Origin: Klebsormidium nitens
Lineage: Eukaryota > Plantae > Klebsormidiophyceae
Length of the DNA stretch: 34,813 nucleotides
Reading direction: 5' to 3'
Assembly (NCBI GenBank): GCA_000708835.1
Contig: DF237715.1
Coordinates: 1-34,813 of the forward strand
Each line of letters starts with the position of its first letter. Positions within the stretch are counted from its first letter, which is position 1. This document shows positions 9,887 through 22,793 of this stretch, in pieces. The notes beneath the pieces are model-generated. The model saw nothing but the letters and a program-made list of their open reading frames with translations. It was not told where the DNA came from and did no database searches. Made by a program: the position numbers and the translations under genes.

Positions 9887-12800
9887 ATGAAGCAGAAGAA
9901 AGAGAAAAACGATGAGAGTGGTGATGGGAAGGGTTCGGTCCGGGTCCAGGGCAAGAGGGCGAAGGGTAGGGACAGGCAGGAGGGACAGCGGGTGGTACAG
10001 GGGGCTGGCAAGGAGCGGCGCTTCCAGCCAAGGGCTTTCAGGAGCAGAAAGGTGAATTATATGTGCAAGCCCGTTCCCCAAGGCTCAGATTTGTGGACTC
10101 AAGTTGGTCAGGAAGCGGAAGCATTTGAATACATGGAGAACAGGCAGAAGGAGACCCAATGTGCGAGCCCCAGGGTGGTGCACTGGTCGAGTGAGGCTGA
10201 TGCAGGCGAAGGAAGGAGACTTGGGATCCAAAAGCAGAGCACCATCATGGAAGGCTCTGTTTGGAGCGAGGGCGTATTTTGTCCCCCTGAATGAGTCTGC
10301 ATGTCGGCCAGGCACGTGCACTGGAGTCAGGTCAAATTGGGGTTATGTCATGCTGTTCACTCTTTGTCCAAATGTCTTTGGACAAACCAGAGCATTCTGG
10401 GCAAGTAAGCTAGTGGAAGACAGCTGCACAGCACACACAACTTCTTAGCTTCCATTTTCCCAAAATGGTCTTCCTCGTGTCTAGTCCCAGGAACAAGTGT
10501 ATATTTGTACAACTGCGACAGGCGCGATGCGACAGGCGTGATCAGTGACCTCAGTTCCTCAGGTGTCCTCAGATGTTTTAAATCTCAGACTCCTTTCAAA
10601 GCATGGTATCTCAGGAAGTTCCTTTCATAAGCATTTTGCAGAATGATCGAAGCGTACCCTTAGACCGTTCTTCTGATTCTTCCAGGAGGGGAGGCTGGAG
10701 GATCTGGGCTGGCCAGCAAGGAAGGAGTGCCCGCGAGCTCCTCCCCCTGCCCCCCACGAGCCCCCCTGTGCGGGGAATGGAGGGCCCCTGACATGGGCGG
10801 TCCCGGAAAAGAGGAAGCGGCCTGCTGACCCCCCCGCCCCAAGACCGGAGCCACCGCGCGAACCACCAGGGTTCTGGGGCGAGGGGGAAGGAAGTGGAGG
10901 AAGGGTCGTGAAGGAGGGAAGGGAGGGGCCGTGGCGTCACGAGGAGAGGGTGAGGGGAAAGCGGAAAGCAGTTGCTAAGCTCCAGGGAAAGAGAGGCCCG
11001 GGTGTGGGTCTCTGGATAGCAGCCGGCGAAGAGGAGATGGGACCCTCCGCCGAGGAGCTGGCGGCTCGGAAGAGGTCGAAGCGGAAACGGAACATAAAGA
11101 AGGACCTCGAGCGCAAGACTGCAGTGCGAGCCGCCAAGGAGCTTAGGAGGAGAAACAAGAGGGACGACGCCGCCCTCGCGATGTGCGCAGTGGTGCTCCC
11201 CACGGCGAACCCCTTCCGCGACCCCCCCCTCCCTCGTAGAACGCGCTGTTGCCCGTTCTGTACTTATGCCGCGTTGCACACTGAGAGGACGTGGGCGGGG
11301 TGGAGCCCTGAGTTCATTTCTCATGTCTGTGATAAGTGCGTGGAGCAGCGGGCGAGGCAGGAGCGGTGGTGGCTCGCCGAGCTCGCCGACTTCCCTGACA
11401 TCGAGGCCAGGGAACCGGGCGCGACGGGCATGATGTGGGAGCACGAGGCCATGCTTCACCGGCGCCTCCACCTGCGCCGGCGACTCCGCCGCAAGCTGCG
11501 AGCCAAAGCTTCCGAGCGCAGTAGGGCCGGCAGGGATCCCACCCATCCAGCCCGCATGAAGAAGTGCCCCCTGTGCCCGCGGCGGGGCAAGTGTCAGGAG
11601 GCCGACGCCCCGGAAGCTCCGCCGGTCGAGACCCCCCCGGCAGCGGAGGCGAGCGGCAGCGAGGCGCTGCGGGCCGAGCGGGGCCGCCTGGTGCTGCTGC
11701 AGATCATGGGCGTGCCGCGGTGCACAGAGCGCAAGCTGCCGCTGGAGCTGGAGGCACGCATGGGGCTGGTGGTCAGTGGAGCTGTCGTTTCCTTGCTGTC
11801 GATCGGGAAAAGACGGCTCTTCTTGTCAACAGTCCATCTGCATTCGATGGCACGGGGTATGAGAATGAGGAGGCAGTGTCGTGCAAAAATGTCTGCGAGC
11901 ACTTCCCTGCTGGCAGTTGGACGTGCTCTGACCTTCATCTGGAGTCTGTAGCTGGGAAAGAGCCTCGAGCCACAAACCTCAGGACTGGAAGCTTTTCGAG
12001 GCCCTCTTCTGAAAACGAATGATGTGGCCCCCTCAGACCGTTGCTCAGCCTACCATCACACCACTTCAGCGACATGGTGTCGAAGGTCTTGTGATGCGCA
12101 TTAGTTTGTAAAGCGCTTTATCATATCGCAGGTGCTGGTTCTTGCGGCCATCTTGCTCTGCTGCTGGCTGCTGCTGTTACTCTTCCTGAGCGCCATCGTC
12201 ATCAACAAGCCTAGGCACGAAAGCGTCCTACAGGTCAGTCGCACCTCCGCGCAGCGGAGGTGCTTTCGTCTTCACGTACAACCTTCGAGTTTCTCCTTCT
12301 CGCTGCCCTGGATGTGTGTGGGTTTAGTCCTGGGGGGACAACATGTCACCTTGGGAGGCGTACATCTGTCCTAGAAGGACTCGGGTCGAGCTGGTGAGGT
12401 GGGACTGGATCTGGGGGAGCACACGGGCCGAGGACGGTGGTGAAAAGCTTGCAGACTTTCAGCTGACCTTTGGGATCAGGGCAACAAATGTACTTGCGCT
12501 GGCGCTGGCGCTGGCGCTGGCGCTGCGATTTGTCTGAGACAGCCAAGCGCCAAGTCCTTCGAGAAGAACGAAAGCTCTTTGAGTGAGAAGGGTGCCGACG
12601 GACTGCTTTCTTTGGACTATCAAGAGACAAGATGAGAGATTGAGGCAGCGGCTGAGGTTAATCGAGAGGACGCCTAGCCGAGGGAGAATGAGAGCAGCCA
12701 GCAAGTTTGCTGGACAATGCGCTCGACAAGACGAGACTGACGGCCGCATACCTCGTAGCCAAGGTTGCCTCACGTTGTCTTCGTTCTCCACGCTCCATCC

Positions 12801-15485
12801 TGATTCCCTCTACTCCATTTGAGCATGCCAACGAAGTTGTCATCGTTGGAACTCTTTCTTGTTTCGTTGCAAAGAATCAAGCTTAGGTTGGGTTAACGGG
12901 GCAGTTGCAGGTTGGTGAACGAGACAACTGCTTTCTTGCGAGATGAGACGGGGTTCTCAGCTTGACCGTCGCCTTGAGAAAGTCAATCTAACAGAATTGA
13001 AAAGGGGGCTGCTTGCGCTCCTTCTGACAATCGGTTCCCCACGCAGGAAGGGCGGATTTTAGGTGTCTGCCAACGGGGTCTTGCTCCTTTTAAAAGATCG
13101 GCTTTAGGAACCACTGGGCCACTCCTGTGCGAAGCTGCAGTTTTTTCCTTTGCTCTCTGGTTCTCAAAGAAGGCTTCCCCAAGTCGTTGCATTCTCGTCT
13201 CCCGCAAGATCTTCATTTGCTTCGCTTTTGGCGGCTTCTCGCCTCTTCACGTCCGTTGCGCACGGCTCGGATGACGTCATCTGCTCGCAGTCACCATCAA
13301 GCAACCAAACGCTCAAAACGAAGCCCCTTTACGTGCCCCTCCTCTTTTCATGTTTCTTCGCAAAGTCTCCATCCAGTTCCGAAACGCCACTGCAAGATTT
13401 TAAGCATCCTGAGCGCATGCTTGCTCTTAATTTTAAAGGTCTGCCTTTCCGTCCGATCCCATACCGTTCCATGCGCAAACTGCGCCGCATTCGCAGCATG
13501 CTGTCAATTCCATTCCGCTGCTCACTGATTCCGCTCCGATTCCGCTCCGTTTTGCAGGCCAGTGCCGAGGCGCCCTCCCAGCGGCTGATGAAGGCTGTGA
13601 TCGCCTTGAACAAAGCCGTGCGCGCGCTCATGTTCGCGACCGTCCTCTGCGTCTTCTTTTTCTTCATCTGCTCCCTCGAACAGGTGAGGCCGCAAAGCGA
13701 CCTTGTTAACTTCTTGTCGGTTCTCTAACAACTCTCCTGTTCCTATCGCGCATCTTGGATCGACCGCAGCTCGGCTTTGCTTGATGAACGTAGTGCTGCC
13801 GCCCCTTTAAATCGACCCGTCCCACCTGCAATGTTTCGCAAAGCTAGGAGTGTTCACAGCTCTTCTGCTTCAGAAATCTGCCGATGATTCTTGAAACAGC
13901 GTTGGTTTCAATGCAACCGGCGCACTAGCTTTTACCAGCTTCGCTTAGTCCTCGCCTTCTGATCCGTAACCTTGACCACCTCTAACCCCCACCGCTGGAT
14001 CCTCCACCAGGTTGCCCCTCTGGAAAGCATCCGCTTCCATGCATGCTACTTCGCGCTCACCCTCTCGTGCTCCGTCCTCACGGCCGTGCGCGCGCTGTTC
14101 CGGCGTCCCAACCGACGCCCGCTCCACTGGTCGGCCGCTCTAGTTGACGCCGGCCTCAGCTTCGGCCGCATGATCACCGTCGTCTGGCACTGGGCCGTAG
14201 CAATGGTTGCGGTGACGGGCCTGCTGTACATCGACTGCCGGCAGGTCCAGGCTGACTGGGGCACGAGGCTCGGGAAGCCAAGGCTGCAGCTGGCAATGCA
14301 GAGCAATCTGAGCGTCGAGCAAGAAGTAAGGAAAGCGGTCCAAAGCTAGCACTTCGGTTCTGATCGACCGCGTTTGTCTGAACCGGACCACTTGGGTTTG
14401 CAGAACCGATTGCTGCTTGGTGAGGCTGGAAGTGGCGGGTTCAGAACAGTCCTAGAGCAGGTGCCAGTCAAGGCTGGCGTTTCACCCGCATTCGTCCAAT
14501 CTAATCACGTCAATCCTTGGAAGCACTTATCCTTGCCGTGTCTGAGGTGGTGGCTTGGACCTCTCACAGCGAGGAAAGATAAGCACGTCCAAGACGTTTA
14601 GTATCGAACAACCGTCCTCGTCCCGATTCAATTTCTTCGCTTTCTGCATCCAATCTGCCCCGTAAAGCTCGAAATGGCCGGTGCGAATCGATCTCAGCAT
14701 GGTGACGCGCTTCCGTTCTTGACTTAACCAAACTTCCGAGATAATCACTCAAGGCTGGTTTTGACCAGGTGCGCTCTTTGAACTTCGTTTTGATGGTCCA
14801 ACTTTGCCGTGAGAAGCATCTTGGGCACCTCTGTGGATTTCGGCTACACTGTTTGGTTGACCGATTGGCTACTGATCTCGTCCGCCACTAAGTTTTCAGG
14901 TTCCTCTTTCTCTTCTTTGAAGATCCGAGTCAATGGTCGATTCTGCACGGGTTGTCCTATAACACCTGTCGTTCATGTCGGTACCCCGTCGACTGCCAGT
15001 CGGAGCTCCCAGCGCTGAGGAATGTGCGCGAGTCTTGGGAGGCGCACTCGAACGCAGACAATCTACGTGCTTTCGCATAGAATCGAGTAGGGTGATTTTG
15101 AATTTCTCAGATGAAAGTTTGCTCTAGTGCGCCAAGTCAGTGCTTCGTCAACTGGCGGCCGCAGCTGCTGCTGCCGAAAGGTCCGCGCAAGGTCTGGGAG
15201 GCGCACTTACACCTGTATGCAGACATGCTCTCTACTACACACAACATGCAACACGGGCAACCCTCAGAATGACCTTGCACTCGTGTGCAAACCTGGAACC
15301 CCGTGAATTGGCCGCCGCAGCTGCTGGCGCTGACAAATTCGCGCGAGGTCTGGCAGGCACACTCGCATGCGGGCGACGAGATGCTCGCGTCATCCGAGGA
15401 GCTGACGAAGGTCAAGGGGCTGTCCGTCGTGCCTGTCACCATGGAAGGCGACCTGAAGGATGCCCAAAACTTCAAGAAAGCGCAG
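9887..15485 (+). CDS. 5' exon set (9887-10051 tentative; 10686-11771, 12132-12233, 13558-13683, 14011-14325, 15321-15485): Cys-motif and multi-TM protein region, probably the N-terminus of the CESA-like gene
   Basis: All junctions phase 0 with GT-AG sites; GC3-rich codons; CCPFC...HVCDKC...KKCPLC motifs; hydrophobic stretches VLVLAAILLCCWLLLLLFLSAIV, ALMFATVLCVFFFFIC, MITVVWHWAVAMVAVTGLLY; no stop seen before the CAG/gtgacg donor at 15486. Confidence 0.6.
12496..12525 (+). repeat. (GCGCTG)5 microsatellite in an intron
   Basis: Five perfect hexamers. Confidence 0.95.
14983..15400 (+). repeat. Three diverged tandem copies of an exon-like unit (periods 159 and 156 bp)
   Basis: In-frame translations PVDCQSELPALRNVRESWEAHSN, FVNWRPQLLLPKGPRKVWEAHLH, PVNWPPQLLALTNSREVWQAHSH; conserved TGG codon at 15036, 15195, 15351. 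Confidence 0.75.
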
Positions 15486-16162
15486 GTGACGGCTCGTCAG
15501 GATGATGCAAATCGTGGAGATGTGAACACAAAAATCATGAGTTTTGAGTTTAGAATCTTGCAATTGTCAATCCCCGAAAGGCCTGCAGTTGAAGACGCCG
15601 GAGGCCAAGGCGGCCGAGCTGAACGACGTTTAAGAGTTTTGAGGGGCACGAAAATATTCCCCGAGGGTGCTTGAGAGAGTGTATTTTCTCCACTAGCAGC
15701 CATGATTTCTTGATACCCAGCGATCCGGTGTTTGACTGGAAGCTTGGACCCTTCCATTTTATTCTTCTCTCTCTTTCATTTTCTCCTCTCTGTTGCCAGT
15801 GAATTCGAATCTTGAGAAGTACCTCCCGAGCCTTGTCCTGGCCTTGAGATTCGCTCGAACTCCTATATTCGGTCTGCTGACTCACGGGAGGCGTCGAATT
15901 GGACTTGTTTCAAGATATGCTTGGACTACAGGGCTCGACTTCTCACAGGGCTCGACACGTTTATTCAACGAGGCATTAGAATATGCAGTCCCTGGCTACG
16001 CTGGAGCCACTCTCCATTTTCGTCGCTCTCAAGCTTATTCCGTCTTATGAAAGGGCTCTCATAAATCCAACACTCTGTCGTTCCTTCCCTTCGCTGCAGG
16101 GAGAGTCTCCCGCTGGTTCTGTGGATTCCATGCATCGCGCGCCAACATGCAGGGGACCAAGA

Positions 16163-19100
16163 ATGCAGCTTCTGGTTCGAACACCAGAAGGCGGAACCCT
16201 TGCGACGTTCACTGCTCCATCTGCCACTGTCGCACACCTGATGACGCAACTAGAGGTGGGTGGCTAGCCTTGCTGTGGTAACGGCGCTCCGACTATCTCA
16301 TTTCCGGAAAAGCTTATGCTGAAAAGTAGAGCTTGGCTTCTGGTATAATGGTAGGTCAATTGAAGTTGAAGTCAGTTGAAGTGAGGCAAGCAGCTCTGCA
16401 GTTTGTTGGGGTGCACCATAATTCAGACGACAGAGATATGTGATCTGGAGTGGTACGCGAAGCACAAGGTTGGACTCTGCAATGGACTGCGAGATCTTAG
16501 AACGTATTTGGCCCGGCTGCTGATACCTAGCGCAACGTGCCCCTCACATAGGTTTCTTCTGCGTGTAAATTCAGGGGCTGCTGCCAATCGCGGTCATAAG
16601 GCTGTCCTTTGGTGGGCGGCCTCTCGATCCGACCATGCCCCTACGAAGCTATGGGATCAGGCCCCTCCACACACTGGAAGCCCAGTATCGCCTTAGGGGA
16701 GGAGGTGGACACGGTGACGAGACCGGAGGAGCAGGAGGATCAGCTGAAAGCCGCACTGCAAAGGGGGTATGTCTCACCTTTGCATCACCTCAGCAACTTT
16801 CTAGTTTTGGACTGCGGATTTTCGTTACAAACGGTTTCCATAAGATTCGTACCAAGGCCACAAAGTGCCTTCGACATACCGAGCTGCAACCGGTTTCCTT
16901 TTACCGAAAACAGCTATGCATCCGTGCCTAAACCCCGATCTCGGAGAAGGTGGTCCAGGCAGCCCTGATTGCTTGGCAGGGTGGCAAGATTGCAAGTATG
17001 TGTCCTGGATGCCTGTTTGAGACCACGCTCTTACACTGTAAGCAACTTTCGCTTCTTGGTAACAGAAGATGTTGCCTTTTGGTATTTAATAGCAACTCGA
17101 GATTGCATAAGCGCAATCCAGGCCTTAACAAATCTGTTTACAGGGCAGCTCAGATTGAGTTGGAGTTGTATTGGGAGCTATGAGGTCCCCAGTCAGGGCA
17201 GAAACGGTTTGGATTAGAATGGAAAAATCTGGTAAGGCCATCTCGAAGAGGCCGTATCCTTTATTATCGTACAAATGCTTTGCCGATGCTCGGGAAAAAT
17301 CCTCTTTCGCTTTCCAACATTGTGCTTTCGATCGGGCCTCTGTGTCCCCCGCATCCAGCACACTCCCAACGACCGGCGCTGTAGCAAAACAGGACATGCC
17401 CAAGACAAGGTGGGGCTCGGACAATATGGTGCCGTCGAGGGTGAGCTGGGAGTCGTTGCCCTCAAGATTCACAAGTTAGATTTGTTCGGTTGCGGGACTC
17501 TTGCTAAAGTCGCTTTTCCCTTGCAGGACGCATGCGAGAAGTCGTACATCTACATCACGAGGAGGGGCTCCTCCGATGCTTCCGATCCGATCCCCTTGCC
17601 CTGCGAACGGGTTGCGGTCATGCAGTACCTCGACGAGGAGCTGGGCTGGGGAAAAGGCCGTCTGCTTCGACGAACTGGTGACGAAGAGGTTGCGACGCTC
17701 CCGGGGGACAAGCTTGAGGCCGGCGAATACGTCTTTGTTGCTCAACAAGGTGAGGGCAATTACCGTCATCTTCCTGCTCTCGTATGTGAAGGAGTCCAGT
17801 CGAGTTCTGATCTGACCCTTGGGGCTCGTGGTGAAAGCTGCTGAAGCAGAACCCTCGTTGGACGTGATCCCAACTTACAGAAAGTCGTTGGGCTGATTAC
17901 GGTCGTATCGATAGGGACCCATTCCTCTCGTAACGCTCTTGCCTCTAGTTTCTGGTTGGCGATCCGAGAGAGGCCGCCTGGCAGCTGCGAATTCTGGTTT
18001 TCCGAGCACTCGAAGAGAACTCATACGAAACCCAATTCAAGCTGCGATGTACATCTTATAGACCATGTTCGAGGGAGTCGTAAGTGGGGTTCTCGTCTTC
18101 TGCCTCCTTTGTCTTTCTCACGTAAACACTTTGCTGGAGTGCACTCCAGGTGGCCCGGACGTTTCTGTTGTCGAGTGGTTGGTGTCCGAATATGGGGATC
18201 TACTGAAGAAGGCGCATTCTCGCGAGCCGCTTGGTGCCCTGAGGGATGGTGGCTTCGATCCCGAAGCTGCAATCCAAGACCACATCAGGCTTCAGGGCCG
18301 GAAGGAGGCGTTCGAGTGCTGCATCACATTGATGGCGAATATCTTCAGTATCTGGAAAAGGCGGAATCCCAACCTTGACCAGCGGGACTACCGGCGGCAC
18401 GTGGTTCATCTGCTTCTATTGAGCTGCCCCGGGTCAGGTCAGTCCTTCCGGAAGGCTGGTCCATGCGGCCATGGTTGCTGTTAACAAGCATCTGTGCGTA
18501 AGCTCCAATCTGATGCTTTCGTGTCGCGCAATTCATGGTCCTTGGTGTGACAGGGCCAGTTATTAGGTATCCTTCCTTCTATCATCTTCAAACCCTCACC
18601 GTTCCCTTCTTGCCGCCTCTCAATACTTCCTTCGATTTGACGTACACAGGAAAGACGACGTTCTTGACCTATATCCTCCGCTGGCTGAGGGAGTGGCTCA
18701 AGAAGCCCAGCGCGTACCTGAAAGGGTGGCTAGGAGGAACTATGTTCGGCGAGGGAAACCTGTCCGGCGAGAAGTTAAAACTAGTGCACGAGATGCTTGG
18801 CGCGTTGCGCATAGCTGCAGGCAGCACCGGATTCCACACGTTCGGGATGCTCAGGCAAGTTTTAGTCTCCGCTCTGATATCGACTGTGGAGAACGGAGGT
18901 GTCTGCTCGGCAGTTAGGGACTTTCTTCTGATCGTCTTAGTTTAGTGGCCAGCTCACTCGCTCGTCCATTCATCCTTCTCTTGCCGCTCTTCTGTTTGCA
19001 GTGCTTGTTATAGGAACCAGTGTTTGTGAAGGGCTTTTGTGGAAAGTTCAATTAAAATCGTCTCTACGATTCAGGGTGGAGGAGGAGGGCGTGAGTACTA

Positions 19101-22100
19101 CGGAAGCTGAAGCCGCGGACGGCTTCACGGCCAAGAACGCGCCAGCGCTGAGGTTGCTCTACGCACTCCTATGCCCTCTCGACTCCACGCCGTCCGAGAA
19201 ACCGCCAGGGGGATACTATTCCTTCCTGCGCCGCTTCTCTGAGGGGCCGTCCACCGTCAAGGATCGCATCTTGATCCAAGACGTCGTCGCTTTCGCTCGC
19301 GAAGGGCTCGAGATCCCCGAAGGAGAACTGCTCCTCATGCCCCTGTTGATCGACGAGGGCAATATTGCCAAAGGGGTGTTTTTGAATGTGAGCTTCTTCT
19401 CTTGCTGTTTCGAAAAGCTCAACGGCTTCTCCTATTACCGTCGAGTTACCTGAGGAATAGAGCCTGTCGTTTCCAGAGGGACGTGCTTAAGACCCTTTGG
19501 TTTCTTGGCGCTTCCTTTCAAAGTGCAAGATGAGTTGCACAGTCTTCAAAACTTTCAGTCTGCGTTTGTCAAAGTGCTTGTTCCCTGGCTGCAGGTTTCC
19601 AGCGGCAAACTGCAGAGGTCTCCTATGCTCGACTTGACTGATAGGTTTCTTCATCGTACCTTGCAGGAGAATCCTCCCCAAACAGGAGACAACCCCACGT
19701 GGTTGAAGTGGTTTCTTAGTAAAATCACCCTCGCTAACAACGACGACACAAGCAATCTGAACCTGATCATCCCCATAACCGCAACAACGCGGTGGGATTC
19801 GACAAGTCTTCAGTGGACTGCAAGCGGGCAGGCTCAAGCCACTTATATCCCCCTCAAGCCCCTCTCCCTGACTGAGCGAAAAGAAGTGATTTGCGATCTA
19901 GCTACCCGTGTAGCAGCTCACAACGGTCGACCCGCACTCGATCACGAAGATCTGCCCCTTGCCCTGCGTAACGACGGCCTCGACATCGTTGGCGGCAATC
20001 CACGCCTTGTGTCGTGGCTGCTCGAGGGCATTGGGGGCCGGTCCTGGGCAACGGGTAAGCACCTTGAATCTGCACTCGCACAAAGAGCACAGACTTCGGA
20101 GAGTTCTTGCAAGTAAGGAAGAACGCCTGACACACTGATCTAAAAAAGAAATGTCGGCTGGATAGCTCCCCTCCATCACCAATTGTCGGGCTTCCTCCGA
20201 AAGTCACCCTAGTATCTGCAGGTCAGGTTCATTAACAAGGTGGAATTAAAGTCTCCGCGTAGCGAGGCTCGTATGCTTCCTCCTCAGTGGCCTTGACATT
20301 GTGGAGAATCAGTACCCGGTTGGGAGCTTTTCTTCTGAGATGTGCTAGGAGAATCGCATTCCCATTGTCACACAGCTCTGCCGATGGAGCTGCAGCCCAT
20401 CGTTGGTCCTGGTAATCACGATTCATTGTGATGGTTCTTCCACTTTTGTGCAGGCCTTGACGAAGCCGTCAAAGCCATCACGCCTTCGAACCTGGTGAAC
20501 ATTGTGAAGAAAGTGAAGCAGGCGGCGTATGAGCAATTGAAACTCAAAAGAATCATCGACCTCACAGCGTCGCCGGAGGTTAAGAAGAGCTGCCTGCAGG
20601 TTGTGGTCGCGACGATGATGCTGGATCTGCTGGTGAAGAGGAAAGAGAGATTGAAGGACCCGTTTTCGGGGCTGGACTTGCCCATCACCTGGGGGGAGCT
20701 CGAGGGCGACGGGGTTGTGGAACTTATCCCCCTGGTGAGCTCCTCAACCGCTAAAGCTGATCATGCACGGTTAATATCAGCAGCCTTTCGTACGGCCTTT
20801 GATGTAGGTCAGCATTTGTTGCTCCACTGGTCGCTTTATCGAGCACAGGGCGTGATGCTTCCAGCAGAGTTGTTCAAGGGACCGTGTTTCGAAAAGGTAA
20901 CGCTTCTGCAAGAGCAAGCAGTGCCTTCTGGCATGCGTTCTCAACATGTTCTTCAAGTTTTGCAATTGGGCAAACACTGAAGATGCGCAAGATTGTCAAC
21001 CCTTCCGTCTGTCGCTGCAGCTCAGAGTCGGGGTTTTGCAGCCAAGCCAAACCGCCTCAGGAGGCCCAAGCTCCACCAATCCCAACTCGGTGCAGAGGTT
21101 GCCCGAGGACCTTCCGTCAGCGACTCGAGCGACACCTGCTCCTCTCCTCATTCCCCTAAGCCAGCCATCGTCACACCAGCCCGTCACTCCCTCTGCTGCT
21201 CTGCCTGCGCAATCGGCCACCGCGCTTCCGATTCCTCCGAGCCCAACTTCCCTTTCTCCTTTAGAAGGAGCCGATGCCGCAGAACCTGTCGCAACTCCTT
21301 TGCCAGGACCGTCAGTGCGCAGCGGCTCTGCTTCGGGAGCGTCTTCTCCCCCCTTCAACCGCATGGGGAAAGGTGGGCGAGGAGAGGTCGTTGTTAGGGA
21401 TGAGGATTGGGGGGTGCTCGTTGAGACTGGAAGTGGGGACAACACCTCCCCAACCAAGCTGGGTATGCTGAACCGGGAGACGGCGTGCCCCCAGCCCACC
21501 AGCGAGCCGGGCGACGAATGGGTAAAGGTGTCTATGGGTTTTTTCATGTTCACCCTTCTGTTGGAGAGGATGGAACTGGTCCGAGAAAGCGACCTGAGCG
21601 CTTTCAGTGATGCCATGGTGCGCGAGAGCCCACTAGACAAGGAGAAGGCGGACGTGATGGCAGTGGCTTTGAAGTTACAAGCTCTCCATCTAATCGGACG
21701 GACTGAATTCTCCCTGAGCGAAGCCTTTCCAAACCTTCGGATACCCGCGGACCTTGCGGGCAAGCGCTTCTTGGTTCCCCCTGGCCCGCTTAGTGTGGGC
21801 GACGGGCTCCCCATGGGTCACCAGCTGACGAAACAGGCGTTTGCCACGACAGTGGCCGCGATAGCGGGCAAGATTCAGGAACGGATACGGGCAGGAAAGT
21901 GGGGCAAGGAGGCCCTCAGTATCGGGCTTGTCGGTCCCGGTAATGACGGTTGGGATGGGTTTGTGGTCTTGCTGGAAGCGAAACGAGACCCGAAGAGAGA
22001 CCCGTGGGTGCTCTTTTGTCAGAGCAAACAGGAATCGAGCCCCACAGAGGGCTATGTAACTTTGAAGGAGATCTTGCGCAATCTGGAGAGCGATATTCGG

Positions 22101-22793
22101 CAGACGCCGTACAGCCCGCCCACACTTCCAACCCAGTGGGTGCAGTGGCTGCGGAAGGAAACGGATGAGGCGCAGGAAGCGCATGCACCGGCGGCAGGTA
22201 GTGGAGATGAAAAAGCGACTGGGGCCAAGCTTGAAGAGGCGGGGAAAGCAGTCGGAATCGGCAAAACGAGGGCGGGAAAGAGGCCCAGGCCCGAGGAGGT
22301 CCAGGAGCGCGCCCTAGGTGCGATCTCGAAAAAGCGTGCGCTCGCCGGTACTGGGGAGACCGTCCCGGGTGGCGGTGAGCAGGCAGGGACAGGGCGGACT
22401 CGGTCGAAGGTATCAGCCGCCGGTGCCAAGGAGGAGCCGAAGGGGCGTAAGCGCAAGGAGCCGGAGAAGGCGGGAGAGGAGGAACTTCTTGTGGTCAGAA
22501 AGGTGCCAACAGGGAAGGAGAGCGAGCTCAGACCGGCGGACAGATTTCCGGATCAGGACTTCGGCTCCGATTGGACTTGCAATATGATCTACAGCTTTGT
22601 TTGCGATAGGCGATTTAGTCGTCGGCAATTGAACCTACTGAAGGAGGTTGAGCGTAGAGGGCATCCATGGTTGCAGAGGCTCCTGATAGTTTCCCGAGAG
22701 GACCAGGATAGTTGGTACAGTCGGATTGGAGCCCTACGTCGGTCGGCAACTTTGCACTGGCTGTCCGAGAAGATGGTTCTAAAGGACCGGTAA
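16163..22793 (+). CDS. Crinkler/RHS (CR)-type protein: ubiquitin-like header(s) + P-loop NTPase + PD-(D/E)xK restriction-endonuclease-like domain, about 1190 aa
   Basis: Exons 16163-16255, 17527-17749, 18150-18437, 18650-18854, 19075-19387, 19667-20054, 20454-20734, 21021-22793 are phase-compatible; MQLLVRTPEG (ubiquitin-like start), SCPGSGKTT, PALRLL, LLIDE, GGNPR, GNDGWDG...LFCQSK; 5' exon set uncertain. Confidence 0.75.

Noticed and set aside
10611-11546. 311 aa minus-strand ORF
   Set aside because: Antisense shadow of the GC-rich plus-strand exon 10686-11771
14527-14950. Short minus-strand ORFs in the 14326-15320 intron
   Set aside because: Interrupted by stops and no recognisable motif; at most a decayed insertion
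20996-21814. 272 aa minus-strand ORF and other antisense ORFs over 21-22.6 kb
   Set aside because: Shadows of the CR gene's last exon
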